The notes beneath the pieces are model-generated. The model did not search any database. It had not been told where the DNA came from and worked only from the letters and a program-made list of their open reading frames with translations. A stretch of 61,090 nt of DNA, the filler included, from Asterionella formosa (lineage: Eukaryota): the NCBI GenBank assembly GCA_002256025.1. It is 10 parts of 10 records of this genome, joined end to end, with 100 filler letters (N's around TTAATTAATTAA, not from the genome) between each part and the next. Parts side by side here need not be neighbours in the genome. Positions count along the whole stretch, not along the records: positions 1 to 6,032 come from NKIB01012846.1; positions 6,133 to 12,155 come from NKIB01012847.1; 8 more parts are not named here. The stretch is one strand, 5' to 3'. The stretch's first letter is position 1, and the number at the start of each line of letters is the position of its first letter. The translations under genes and the position numbers were made by a program. This document shows, one piece after another, positions 1 to 11,377 of this stretch.

Positions 1-274
1 TCAAGAAGCTTGCTAACAAGATTGATGTTTTCGATCAATCAGAAGAAGGTTTACATCAACGAAAAGGGAACACAACGAATAGGTTCTCAAAGTGTGATGA
101 ATGGGATTGAAACTTAGTTTTAGTTTAAGCTCATTTTTAAGAAACAGTGAGAATTGACAGAGCAAGGTCAACAGCAAAAACTAGCATGAGGGCTAGCAGC
201 AAAAGATGACAGTACTAGTAGTACAACAGGAACGGCCAACATAAGAGAATACCTATCAGACGGAAGGAGTACGT
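1..274 (+). repeat. Partial LTR of copia family B (host of the nested insertions)
   Basis: Closely matches 30977-31255, part of the 5' LTR of the element at 30907 (e.g. shared GATCAATCAGAAGAAGGTTTACATCAACGAAAAGGGAA). Its remainder resumes at 4563-4579 and ends with TTAACA at 5828-5833. Confidence 0.85.
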
Positions 275-665
275 TGTTAAAGTATTACCTTTTTGATAGA
301 TCTATATTGATAGACAAAGAAGACTATAGATAGAGATGTTCGTTTCTCTTTCCGTTTCTATATTCTTGCTAGTATTGTGAGTTCACTAATCTAGTTTAGG
401 TTGTTCTGGTCTGTTTGAACAAACAAACGAACTATTCTCCAAATGTTGTTTGCATTTCTAGAAACATACAATCATAGATAGACCCATGTCTATCTCACAC
501 TTACTGATCATAGGTTTTTAACCATGATCATTCATTTTCAAACTATCAGTCTCCGAAATAGCTTATATCGTCCGGCTCATTATAGGCGGAGTAACAAGGT
601 ATAATGTGTGGTTGATGAGAGCTTGGTACATCAAAGTTGACTCATTCGAATCATTTGACTCGTTT
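275..665 (-). repeat. 3' LTR of copia A (first ~16 nt missing)
   Basis: Direct repeat of 4154-4541 with scattered substitutions and indels; ends ...TTAACA on the minus strand. Confidence 0.92.
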
Positions 666-3600
666 AACGTTGAAGTATTTTTTCAGTGCCAACTTGAACT
701 TGTTGACGTCGGCTTGGGTGCCGGTTACTGCGAGGTCATCGACGTAGGTGCATAGCAGTAGGGTAAGGATGCCTTCTCGTTTTTCGTAGAACACACAGGG
801 TTCGACACGGCTTTGTTTGAGTCTCATATCAAGTAGACAGTCTCGGAGTTTCTTGAACCATTGCCGAGCAGCTTGTACCGTGCCGTACATTGCCTTATCC
901 AGTCGGATGCAGTTGTCAGTCATAGTCGTTTCATTTTCGTAGTGGAAGTCAGCGATTCCATCTCGCCATTCTATGTAGATTTCTTCGTCGAGGTCGGCTT
1001 CGATGTCCACAATTTCAAATAAAAAATCTTTCCCGTGTATGGTGATTGCAAACACAATACGTAGGCCAGTATCCGTAACAACAGGTGCAAATGAATCTGT
1101 GAAGTCAACACCTGGTATCTGCAAGTAGCCTTTTACCACAATACAGCCCTTGTCGCGCGTAGTAGTGTTGTCGTGCTCGCTTTTTTTTTTAAATACCCAT
1201 TTTGCTCCAAGTGGCTTTTGTCCATTTAGATTCTTACGAGGATGTAGCTTCCACACTTTGCAGGAGTAGAAGTTTTCAATCTTTGCTTTGATTGCCTTGG
1301 TCCATTCGTCTTTTTTGTTACTTTATAGTGCCTGCTTGTAGCTCTTGGGTTCCATTGGGTCAGAAGCTAGGCTCGTTGAATGTGCTTCCTCACTAGGTTG
1401 GTGCTCTTTGAGGTTTTCGTTGGTGGCGTCATCCAAAATAAGTGTGCGTGCTGCGGATGATTGCTGATGTGTGTCTGCACGAGTAGGTGTAGGTGAGGTC
1501 ACAAAGCCTGTTGATAGCCTATTCATTTCTCGATCGAGCTTCGTATTCATGCCACCTGCGACGGAATCTGCAAAGCTCACTCCCTTGGGAGTACTGGGAT
1601 CGTCCGGTTTCATTGGTAGTAGGGTATCAGCCCCTGGTTCGTCAGGAGGTGTTGCGTTGGAAGGTTTAGTAAGAGTGTCAAATTCCTCATCTATACCGGA
1701 TCTGTCTGTGGTGAATTCGTCCATGTCCGATGTAGGTTTTACATTTCCATGCCAGTCGGCCCATTTAAGGCCTCTTGTGTTGAAGACCATTTTCGTAGCA
1801 ACGTTGTACATGCGGTAGGTATCACTGGCGTGGTCATGGCTGTAGCCAAGCATGACACATTTGACACTCTTTGGGGTTAATTTCTGCCTTGGCCTCCGAA
1901 TCGTGGCCCACCCCACCCTTCCAAACTGAAACAGGTGAGGATAAATCTTAGGCTGAAAGCCGTAGAAAAGCCAATCGGGGCATTTTTCTGTATTCGAGTT
2001 AGCGACAGAGTTTGTTAGTCGCATGTGCATTTTGACATTATTGGCCCACAGTAGCCCCTGGTATTTGTCTGACATTTTTGCGCTGAACATGGAGGCGCAT
2101 GCTCGGTCTTGTATCGTCAAAAATTTTCGTTCCACGACTCCGTTCTGTTGAGGAGTATGGGGGGCAGTATACTCAATCTGAATACCCTGCGTGGTGCAGA
2201 CGATACTTAGACTGGTCATGTTTTCACCGGCGTTGTCGCAGCATAGGAAGCTTACTACATAGCCCGCTGACTTGAGTGTAGTCAGTAGGGCATCCGCGAT
2301 GTTTGCCAAAAAACTCTTCTTGTTAACAAAAAAACTCCATGCCTTGCGTGTGTCTTGATCCACAAATAGAATCCAGTAGTTGCTTCCAATTAGAGATTTC
2401 TTGTAGGGACCTGAAATGTCCATGTACAATCGTTCAGCAGGAGTAGTGGCCTTGAGGGTCGTGACTTTAGGTACCGCTTTGGCCTTTGCCTTAGCTAGTG
2501 CGCAGCCTTCACACGACTGAATCTTGCCCGCAGGTTCAATACTGAGGGACTTTAGCGTTGCGCGAAGGGATGCCTCGCTGATGTGGCCGTATTTGTCGTG
2601 GGCCTCGTTGATGTCAATTTGCGTTGGTTTCTTGGTAGTTTTTGCTGTAGGAAGTTGCGTCACTGTCTTGGTAATCGTTGGAGTAGGATCGGCTGTACGG
2701 CTTGTTGTCAAGTCATGGATAGACAAGACCGTTTCGGATTGTAGGGTATGGTCTCCCTTGAAGTAGTAAAGGACGCCTTGATCCTCACAAGAAAAGGTAA
2801 GTTCGTTGTCGTACCCTTCCTCATGAAGACTCAACTCAGACCCCTTCATGCGTGCCTCGCACCCTCTGTTCTTGACAAATTGCCCGATACTGACTATATT
2901 CTTGTGGAAGTGTGGTGTGTAGAGTACCTTGCGTAGAAACATGGAACACGTTTTTGTTGGTAATCAGAATATCACCTCGTTTCGTGCATACCACCTCTTT
3001 ACTGTCATCAACAATGACCGAGACGTTGACATTTTCGACGTTTGTCATTTATTCGTCAGTCATAGTGATGTGCGTTATAGCCCCAATGTCCGCGAGCCAG
3101 CGCTCCGTTCCGTTGCTTGATGCGCAGTATTGGTCTTCGTACCACTCGTCTTCCATTGTAGGGACGAAATATACGCGTAGGAGTTCTTCAGTAGGAGTCT
3201 TGGTAGTATTCTGCATCATGTCCATGGTACCAGGGATAGCGTCCGTCGCCTCCATACTGGTAATTTCCTCGCACATTCCGACGTAGTACATGCCGGTTTC
3301 TTTTTTCTTCTCGCCGCGTAGTGCGCGTTTTGGTTCCGGGTAGTCTCCCGACACGGTATTTATTGCAATTATAGCACTTTCTTCATCTGATTTTTTTCGT
3401 TCGTGCCATTTGCATTCGTTCCGCTTGTGTTTGTTTGCCGCAGTTCTTGCAGATACCTTTGTATTTCTGTGTGAATAGGGCGATCTCCTTTGTGCTCTTC
3501 GTGCCCTTTAGCTTTCGTTTGTAGAATGCTCGGATCTTGCCTTTCAATTCGTTGAGGCTGATTGTTGTCATGCCCTCGACGACTGTAACAAGAACTGCGC

Positions 3601-4121
3601 TGTACTCCACTGGAAGCTTGTCGGTAACGTTCGCATATTTCTTTCTTCTCAAATGACGGGTCAATTGCCATCATCTTGCTTTGTATTAGATCGATCTCAA
3701 TGAACCATTCGTCTGGACCAGAGGAGCTATCATCGTTCAGCTTGCATTTGTTGAAATCGCTTGCCAGCTGGATCAGGTCCGACACAGAATGGGGAGCATA
3801 CCTTGCTTCGAGGTTCTTCCACGCCATGTATGCATCGTCATCGATCAACGTTTTCGTTTTGGCTTGGTTTACGAGTTCGAAGGCAATTCTGGTGCAGCTC
3901 ATGATGAGCAACTGGTAGGCCTTGTCGTTGGCCTCGTAGATTGTCCTGACTCCTTTGTCTGTCTCGACTTCGTACTCTTCGTCAGAGCATGGGTTGTGGT
4001 TCTTGGAGTACATCGTTCGGAATCCTCTTGCCTTCGCCAGAACAAGCGTTTTAAAGCTCCACTGGTACCAGTTCATTTCGTTGCCATCAAACTTGATGAG
4101 CCTCATGCTCTCTTCAGACAT
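651..4121 (-). pseudogene. Disrupted gag-pol of copia A
   Basis: ORF fragments 3369-4121 and 3383-3664 (gag, CKNCGK knuckle remnant), 3049-3354 (protease), 1323-2942 (GAG-pre-integrase HDKYGH..CEGC plus rve core) and 651-1256 (RT, truncated). Confidence 0.9.
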
Positions 4122-4153
4122 GGCTGTTAAACACTTAAGTTCGTTTATAAACG

Positions 4154-4557
4154 TGTTAACAAAGTATTACCATTTTGATAGATCTATATCGTTAGACAAA
4201 GAAGACTATAGATAGAGACATTTGTTTCTCTTTCCGTTTCTATATTCTTATTGTGAGTTTACTAATCTAGTTTAGGTTGTTCTGTTTGAACAAACAAATG
4301 TACTATTCTCCAAATGCTGTTTGCATTTCTAGAAACATACAATCATAGATAGACCCATGTCTATCTCACACTTACTGATCATAGGTTTTTAACCATGATC
4401 ATTCATTTTCAAACCATCGGTCTTCCGAAATAGCTTATGTTGTTGCTCTGGCTCATTATAGGCGGAGTAACAAGGTATAATGTGTGGTTGATGAGAGCTT
4501 GGTACATCAAAGTTGACTCATTCGAATCATTTGACTCGTTTGACTCCGAGTCCTAAC
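4154..4557 (-). repeat. 5' LTR of copia A
   Basis: Direct repeat of 275-665 plus 16 extra nt; the gag ATG lies 32 nt downstream on the minus strand. Confidence 0.92.
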
Positions 4558-4579
4558 TACGTAGATGAGCTCACTTTAA

Positions 4580-5827
4580 GGTTGCTGCATTTGAACCCCT
4601 AGCTCGAGGTAGGGTTGAAAAAATAATATTCAGTCAGACTAATCAAACACGTACTTTTCACGTATAAAATAGATATGTATAACGCTCAACGGAGCTTTCA
4701 CCAATACACACCATTTCCGTATGCTTACATACAGTCTTCGGACAAAGTAGGGGTGTAGGTCCACTCTATATATCGTCAGTATATAGGATCTGGTCAGAAA
4801 CTGCAGAAAGGAACTTCGGTTTTTTAACTATGCTAAAAAGACTCGAAAATTCGGGGGAAATCTGTTTATTTGGCATAGTAAAAAAACCGAAATTCCTTTC
4901 TGCAGTTTCTCGCCAGAAGTTATATACTGATGCTATTTGAAAGTTACCGATGTATCTAAATCGCCGTCAGACCCAGCCAACGTTTAGCTATCGTCGTCCA
5001 AAAACTCGACAAAATCGGCCTTTTCTACAGTCGCCAAAATATCGGAATCAGAATTATTAAGTGCCGAAACGTCATCATTGGAATGGCAGTCGTGTGCCGG
5101 AATTTTTAGTCCTAAAATCTGCTGTCCAAAAAATTCCATTGTAAGTGCCCGCTTCCACATATATAATATGATTGGTGAACGTGAATTGCATTCCTCTGTT
5201 TGATTGGCCTGGTTTGCGAGGTCTTGCAAACCCACGCCGGCCACATTGTTTAAACATGTAATATTTTCTTGGGTGTACTGACAGTCCGGTTCTATATTCT
5301 CGACGGGTACCAGGGTACCTGGTACCAGGTACCAGTAGATGATCATCATTGGACATACGCGTACCGCTCCTTGAGTGCACTTTCAAATATTTGCCGAGCC
5401 GCGGGGTCGTATACAGGACCCATATTCGTCGATAGGAGTATAGATTGTAGTACTGGTGTATGCACATGAAGCGATGTAGAACCTAAATATATATATATTT
5501 ATATATGTAAATATTAAACGATTTGAATATGTCGAACGGATTCAATGCATAGCATATAAAATCGTCAATCGGAGTATAGAGTGTCCATGCATACATGTTG
5601 ATCGTATTTTTAGCTTATATATACGTACAGCGACTTAGAGTGTCTATATTTATATTTAGCGATTTTGACAAGGAATCTATGTACGTATTCGCAAATTTCC
5701 ACTGATTCAAATATTTCAAATAGAATCACGTCATTCAAAAATAGCTAATTAAATTCTTAATTCCAGGGAATTTTCGCAACCCTAAGCAATATTTTAATTT
5801 TTGCCTAGGGGTTCAAATGCAGCAACC
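4580..5827. mobile_element. Non-autonomous TIR DNA transposon with TTAA target site (Kolobok-like)
   Basis: Perfect 23-bp inverted repeats GGTTGCTGCATTTGAACCCCTAG at 4580-4602 and 5805-5827, with TTAA on both sides (4576-4579, 5828-5831). 5'-GG termini fit Kolobok (RR) better than piggyBac (YY). No recognisable transposase inside. Confidence 0.85.
4776..4930. repeat. Long imperfect inverted repeat (~65-bp arms) inside the TIR element
   Basis: TCAGTATATA..AGAAACTGCAGAAAGGAACTTCGGTTTTTT..ACTATGC pairs with GCATAGT..AAAAAACCGAAATTCCTTTCTGCAGTTTCT..TATATACTGA, leaving a ~21-nt loop. Confidence 0.85.
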
Positions 5828-6032
5828 TTAACATACGTGACCTGTTGACACCGGTAACCTTGGTAAACAATAAAAGCAAAAATGGTTTGCACACTCCGAG
5901 TGACAGTCGTGATGATGATGGCATGGTACTGGTAACAACAGATACTCCGGAGTCCATACGACAGAGCACCCGTTGTCAATAATAAGTACGACCGGTACCT
6001 AGTAGCGGAGTTTGCAAATTCATCCATTCCTA

Positions 6033-6132
6033 NNNNNNNNNNNNNNNNNNNNNNNNNNNNNNNNNNNNNNNNNNNNTTAATTAATTAANNNNNNNNNNNN
6101 NNNNNNNNNNNNNNNNNNNNNNNNNNNNNNNN
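6033..6132. other. Artificial scaffold-joining linker (first of nine)
   Basis: 44 N + TTAATTAATTAA (stops in all six frames) + 44 N. Also at 12156-12255, 18279-18378, 24402-24501, 30524-30623, 36637-36736, 42753-42852, 48867-48966 and 54980-55079. Segments are all about 6.01-6.03 kb, consistent with size-sorted small scaffolds. Confidence 0.98.
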
Positions 6133-6403
6133 GTAGGTAACTGCGATGAAATTTCTTGCTTCAGCCATTAAGCAGGAGCTCGCCCCACGACAAGTATTAT
6201 TACCGCACCGGTATACCTGCGGTAATGGTGTGCGCCATTCTGATATACCGGTAAAATACTCCCAAATACTTTTCTTAAATCATCATTTCCATTTTACATT
6301 GTTCCATTATTAAATATTATATGCTTGTTCTTGTTTCTGTTCTTGTTAGTGCTACTGCTACTGCTGTTATCCCCTAGTCTACCCGTAGCAACATACATAT
6401 ACA

Positions 6404-9400
6404 ATGGTTGATGCCTACGAGGAACTGGTTGGAACACACAAACCTGGATCCATCACTCGAATCAAGCTCAAAAACTTTTTGACGTATTCGTTTGTTGAGT
6501 TTTTCCCTTCTGCGAGGTGTGTGTGTGTGTGTCTTGCAATGGCGTCTTGAACGTATCACATCAACTCACACCATACTCTACATAAAAGACTCAACATGGT
6601 CTGTGGACCCAACGGAACTGGCAAATCTACCATCCTCAACGCTATTTGTCTTGGTCTGGGCGGGGAGCCTAAAGTCCTTGGCCGCGCCGATGACGCAAGA
6701 GAATTCATTGCTCACAACAATGATAAGGCATACATTGAAATTGAGCTTGCTCCATTTCCTGGACAATCAGCTGATGTATTTAAACGAATCATTGACCGTG
6801 CCAAGGGGGCTGCACAAGGCCGGGGCCGGGGGGCATCCACCTTTTTTATCAATGGCGTCAAGACTAATTTAGCTGGCGTGCAAGAGCTCGTACAAGGGAA
6901 ATACCATATCAGTGTGGACAATCTATGCACCTTTTTACCGCAAGATCGGGTGGGGAGTTTTAGTGGATTTAATGCGCAAGAGCTACTTATTGAAACGGAA
7001 AAGGCAATGTCAGGGTCCAAACACTTGTACTCGGAACATGAAACCTTGATTGCTCTTGAAGATGATTTCAGACGAGGCGACAATGACCTAGGTTCGCTTC
7101 AAGAGGAACTTGGCAAGCTAAAGGCTGACAACGAACGTCTAGAACGAGAAAAGGAGCGAATAGAAGAACGGCAACAAGCTATGCAACAAATTGAATTGCT
7201 GATGAAAAAGCGCAAGTGGGTAGAATTTGATCAGTTGCGTGAAAAATGCGTCAAACTCAAGGAACAATATGATTCTCTCAAGGGAGATGTTGAAGAAGGG
7301 CGGGAACAAGTCGCGCCACTTCAAGAGAGGTATGCAGAATACAATTCGCAACATGAGCAACTTTTGGCTCGCTATCGGGCGTTGGATGGCGAAGCAGAAA
7401 CAGCAAAGAAAGAAATGCTCAAGCAAGAAAAGAAAGTGGAAACACTCATGGATAGTGTGGAAACAGGTGTTCAAGAATTGGCCTCTGTTGATGCTGAACG
7501 ACGTCAAGTGGAGCGCGTGGTCACGGAACTTCGAGGAAGGTTGAAGGAATTTGAGGCCATGGCTGCGAACTCTCCGACCATGGAAGAATGCAAATTGCAT
7601 CTGGAAGAAGCCACAGAAGAATTCAAGAATGCTCGACCCATTTTTGACAAGTTTCGAAAGACCATTGCAGATTTGACAGCCAAACAAGTTGAATTGAGAA
7701 ACCAGGCGAAGCTAGTGCATACAAAAATACTCAAGATGAACGACGAAAAGGCGATTCGCCGTCAAAAAATCTTCCGGCAGCAGCCACAGCTTGAAAAGGT
7801 TTGTGACTGGCTTGAGAACAACCGTAATGAATTTCGTCGCCCTGTTTGGGGGCCGATTGTATGCGAAGTTACTTTGAAATCAAATAATGCGGCTGCATAT
7901 CTCGAGCAGCATGTTCCAAACTCGGCGTTGAAAGCATTTGTAGTGGAGTGCAAGGCTGATTATGATTTGCTTTACAATAAAGTTCGTAGGGAACAAGGAC
8001 TGCCTATTAATATTTTGACAGTTCAGGACGGTGTACTCAAACCAATTCAACGATTATACTCGGATCAAAAGATGAATGTCTTGAAGAAAGAACATGGTGT
8101 AACGGGCTACTTAGACGAATCTTTCACTGCGCCTGATCCTATCTTACAGGCGTTGAGGCAATCAGCCCAGGTGGACAAAGTATTGGTTGGTACAGAAAAG
8201 ACTCAAGATTCTCTCGATCACAAAAAGCTCTTGGATTTTCTGGGCAAACCCGAGGATGGTTCCAATAACTTGAAGGGTTGTTGTATATTTACTGCCCAAA
8301 AGGACAAGTCCTTTAAGTACACCTCGTCGATCTCGCGCCATTCAGGAAAACCAGCTGTTCGCATCGACGAAATTACTGGTGCTCGTATGTTAGCTGTCGG
8401 TATAAATCCTGCTCAGAAGGAGAAGGTTCAAAATGAGCTCAGGGAAATGGAGCAAGAAATCGACGTCATCAGTCAGAAGATCCAGGAAACAGAAGTCGAA
8501 TCTACCGATTCACAACGTAAATGCCAAGAAGCCAAAGCGCGTCAGAAGGAATGCTCGGAAACATTGACGACTGTGCAGAAAATATCACAGAAAATCTCAA
8601 CCACCAAACAAAAAATAGAAAGGGCAGAGCGTGAAGCTTCGGTCGATAATGTCAGCGAAAAAGAGAAGCTTTTGTTGCAACTCAAGAAGCGCGTAAGTGG
8701 GTATATCACAGCGCTCGAGACGCACTGTACCTCCCATCGCAAGATCATGAAGGTCACATATAGCAGTGCCGGAGTGCGACTCATGCGTGACGAGGCCAGT
8801 GGAATTGCAGCGCGAGCCAAGATTGTCTGGGAGGAAGCTCGGGCCGAATTCGTGGGGCTTGAGCAAAAACTTCATAGGGCCAAGTCTGAACTGAAGGAGG
8901 GCAAAGGTAAATTGACAAAGATGCGAGCGGAAGCGGAAGAACTTGCACCGATATTGGACCCTGAAACTGGTGAATCCCTGCCTTTGAAGGATGTGCTTGA
9001 AGCTCTACCCTATGCTAACACGGATGACATCGATATGGCTTTGGAGGAGTTTCAAGCAAAAGCCAACTCAATTGACGACAACCCAGATGTTGTCAGGCAA
9101 TACGAACAGCGAGTAAAGGAGATCGCTCAACTGGAGAAACAGCTATCACAACACCAAGACTCCAAGGAATCCAAGGTACAGGAAATCAACCGTGTGAGTG
9201 CAAGTTGGAAGGCCGNNNNNNNNNNNNNNNNNNNNNNNNNNNNNNNNNNNNNNNNNNNNNNNNNNNNNNNNNNNNNNNNNNNNNNNNNNNNNNNNNNNNN
9301 NNNNNNNNNNNNNNNNNNNNNNNNNNNNNNNNNNNNNNNNNNNNNNNNNNNNNNNNNNNNNNNNNNNNNNNNNNNNNNNNNNNNNNNNNNNNNNNNNNNN

Positions 9401-10007
9401 NNNNNNNNNNNNNNNNNNNNNNNNNNNNNNNNNNNNNNNNNNNNNNNNNNNNNNNNNNNNNNNNNNNNNNNNNNNNNNNNNNNNNNNNNNNNNNNNNNNN
9501 NNNNNNNNNNNNNNNNNNNNNNNNNNNNNNNNNNNNNNNNNNNNNNNNNNNNNNNNNNNNNNNNNNNNNNNNNNNNNNNNNNNNNNNNNNNNNNNNNNNN
9601 NNNNNNNNNNNNNNNNNNNNNNNNNNNNNNNNNNNNNNNTCAATCAAGGGCTGGATGAGCGCAATGAACGTCTAGTCTTCAAGAGAATTGTTGCAAATTC
9701 TACCCGTCCACCAAGACGTGGTGATCACACTTCTCACTCTGGCCAGTACTGGTTGATAACTCCAAAATTGCTTCCCAATTTGTATGACATGGAGGAACAG
9801 GCCGTAACTGTGCACGTCATTAAGAGTGGTCCAGGCAACAATTTAAATCAGGGCGATTTCTCTGCTGATGCACTGTTGCTGCTTCGAAACAAGCGAGCCA
9901 GTGAGGACGACGACGGGGGAGAGGGGGACGTTGTTGACGATGAAAATGGTTCGGATCGTTTCAACGCAATCCCGAGGAAAAAGCCGACGAAAAAGCAACG
10001 AAATTAG
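6404..10007 (+). CDS. SMC5: Structural maintenance of chromosomes protein 5
   Basis: Exon 1 6404-6516 (GSITRIKLKNFLTY), GT-AG intron 6517-6588. Then Walker A GPNGTGKS, NLCTFLPQDRV, coiled coil-hinge-coiled coil. After the N gap (9216-9639) come INQGLDERNER and QYWLITPKLL. Confidence 0.95.
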
Positions 10008-10197
10008 TTTGAAGTTGTCAGCGAGAAGTTTCGTCGGTCGTAAAGAAAGGAAACATATTATAAAAGTGATCATTTCATATTGTGATTCAAGCAAGATTAT
10101 GTTACTAAGTTTGGCTCGTATGTACGTGTGAATATGATTGCCGGTAGTTCGGCGTCTTATCAATAACTCTTGAATCTAACTACTGTCACAAAAATGT

Positions 10198-11377
10198 CTA
10201 GTTTCCGTCCGCAGCTCGGCACACCTCGAGCAGCAACTTTTTGTAGTCTCCTCTCGTCTCTGACTCAACACGTTCCTCCACTGACTTTCCGACTGAAGGA
10301 ATGATGAAGAAAGAGGAGAAAGGTTGTGAGCATTGATTGATACGCAATGGTCATTAACATGTTTCACCAAGTCGAACTTACAATACTCAATGTGTGCTTC
10401 CATGACTTTCTTCATGACCAGTTGGTAGCGTATCAAAGCACAAGTCAGGAGCAGCTCGTTTGTACCGAAGCCAGCACATGCTGTCTTGATAAGCTTGGCA
10501 ATCGTTTCATACGGCTTCAATTTCATGCCAAGCATGAAGGTGGCAGCTTCCTCAACCTTTCCACCAAGCTCAGTCTCCAAAACCTTTACGATGGTGAATC
10601 CATACTTATCGGCGTACTGCAAGTTCATAGTCTTCAAATACACAGCAGGTCTTTGAGAAAGAATCTTGAATAGTCCTGTTTCGTTAGTTCCAAATTTTCC
10701 TTGTCCTGCCTTGTAAATGGTCTCCATATCTTTCTTCATCAAAGAATCTGTATGGAAGTCAGGATCAAAAACTTCTTCGGATGCTTGCAAGCAGTTCAAT
10801 ACAAGGCTTTCCAAGTCACCGCCCAATTCACTTGCAAGAACTTGACCCAAATCCTTGGTGTACAACTCAAAGTATTTCTTCTTCAATATTTCCATCTCCG
10901 TGTTGCTACGACCACAAACAATGGGAACGAGCACCAATGTGCTGGCTCCGATCCCTCCAATGGCAGAGTTAATCATTTCGCATTCCATGACATGGGAGGG
11001 AAGGGAGAGGAATTGAAGGGCTTTACCAAAGTCTTTACCTCCGCATTCGGATTTCATAACAGACTTGAGGTCCTTGCCGTGGAGTTCTGGATAGCGCAAG
11101 GCGATCTTACAGCGTGTCTCTGCATTCTGGGAACCCAATGCCTTCAGAAGACGATCTTCCTGCAGATATTAAACGAACGAGGAGTACTGAGCGATTCTGT
11201 AAAATGATTGCTATCCTTTCCAACTAAGATCCACCAGCATTGAATCTCACTTACATTTGTTCCCCATCCTTTGCAGGCCGCATGAATCTCGTTGCAAATG
11301 TCATCGATTTCAGAACCGAAAGCGTCAGGAGAGAGATCATTTTCGTGGATAATGGAAGGGTAAAAGTCGATTGTCAT
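10198..11377 (-). CDS. Annexin
   Basis: Three exons (11377-11255, 11159-10382, 10292-10198) with GT-AG introns. Annexin repeat motifs: KGWGTNE, GKFGTNE, AGFGTNE, SELGGD, SETRGDY. Confidence 0.92.

Larger units (their letters stand above)
275..4557 (-). mobile_element. Ty1/copia LTR retrotransposon (family A), degenerate and internally deleted
   Basis: Direct LTRs at 275-665 and 4154-4557, flanked by TACGT at 270-274 and 4558-4562. Domain order is gag (from 4121), protease (WLADIGAITHIT), integrase (DISGP, DNAGE, TPQQNGVVER), RT (LDKAMYG, YVDD). It carries frameshifts and stops and has no RNase H. Confidence 0.93.

Noticed and set aside
6517..6532. (GT)n microsatellite at the SMC5 splice donor
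   Set aside because: An ordinary intronic microsatellite; the first GT gives the correct reading frame.
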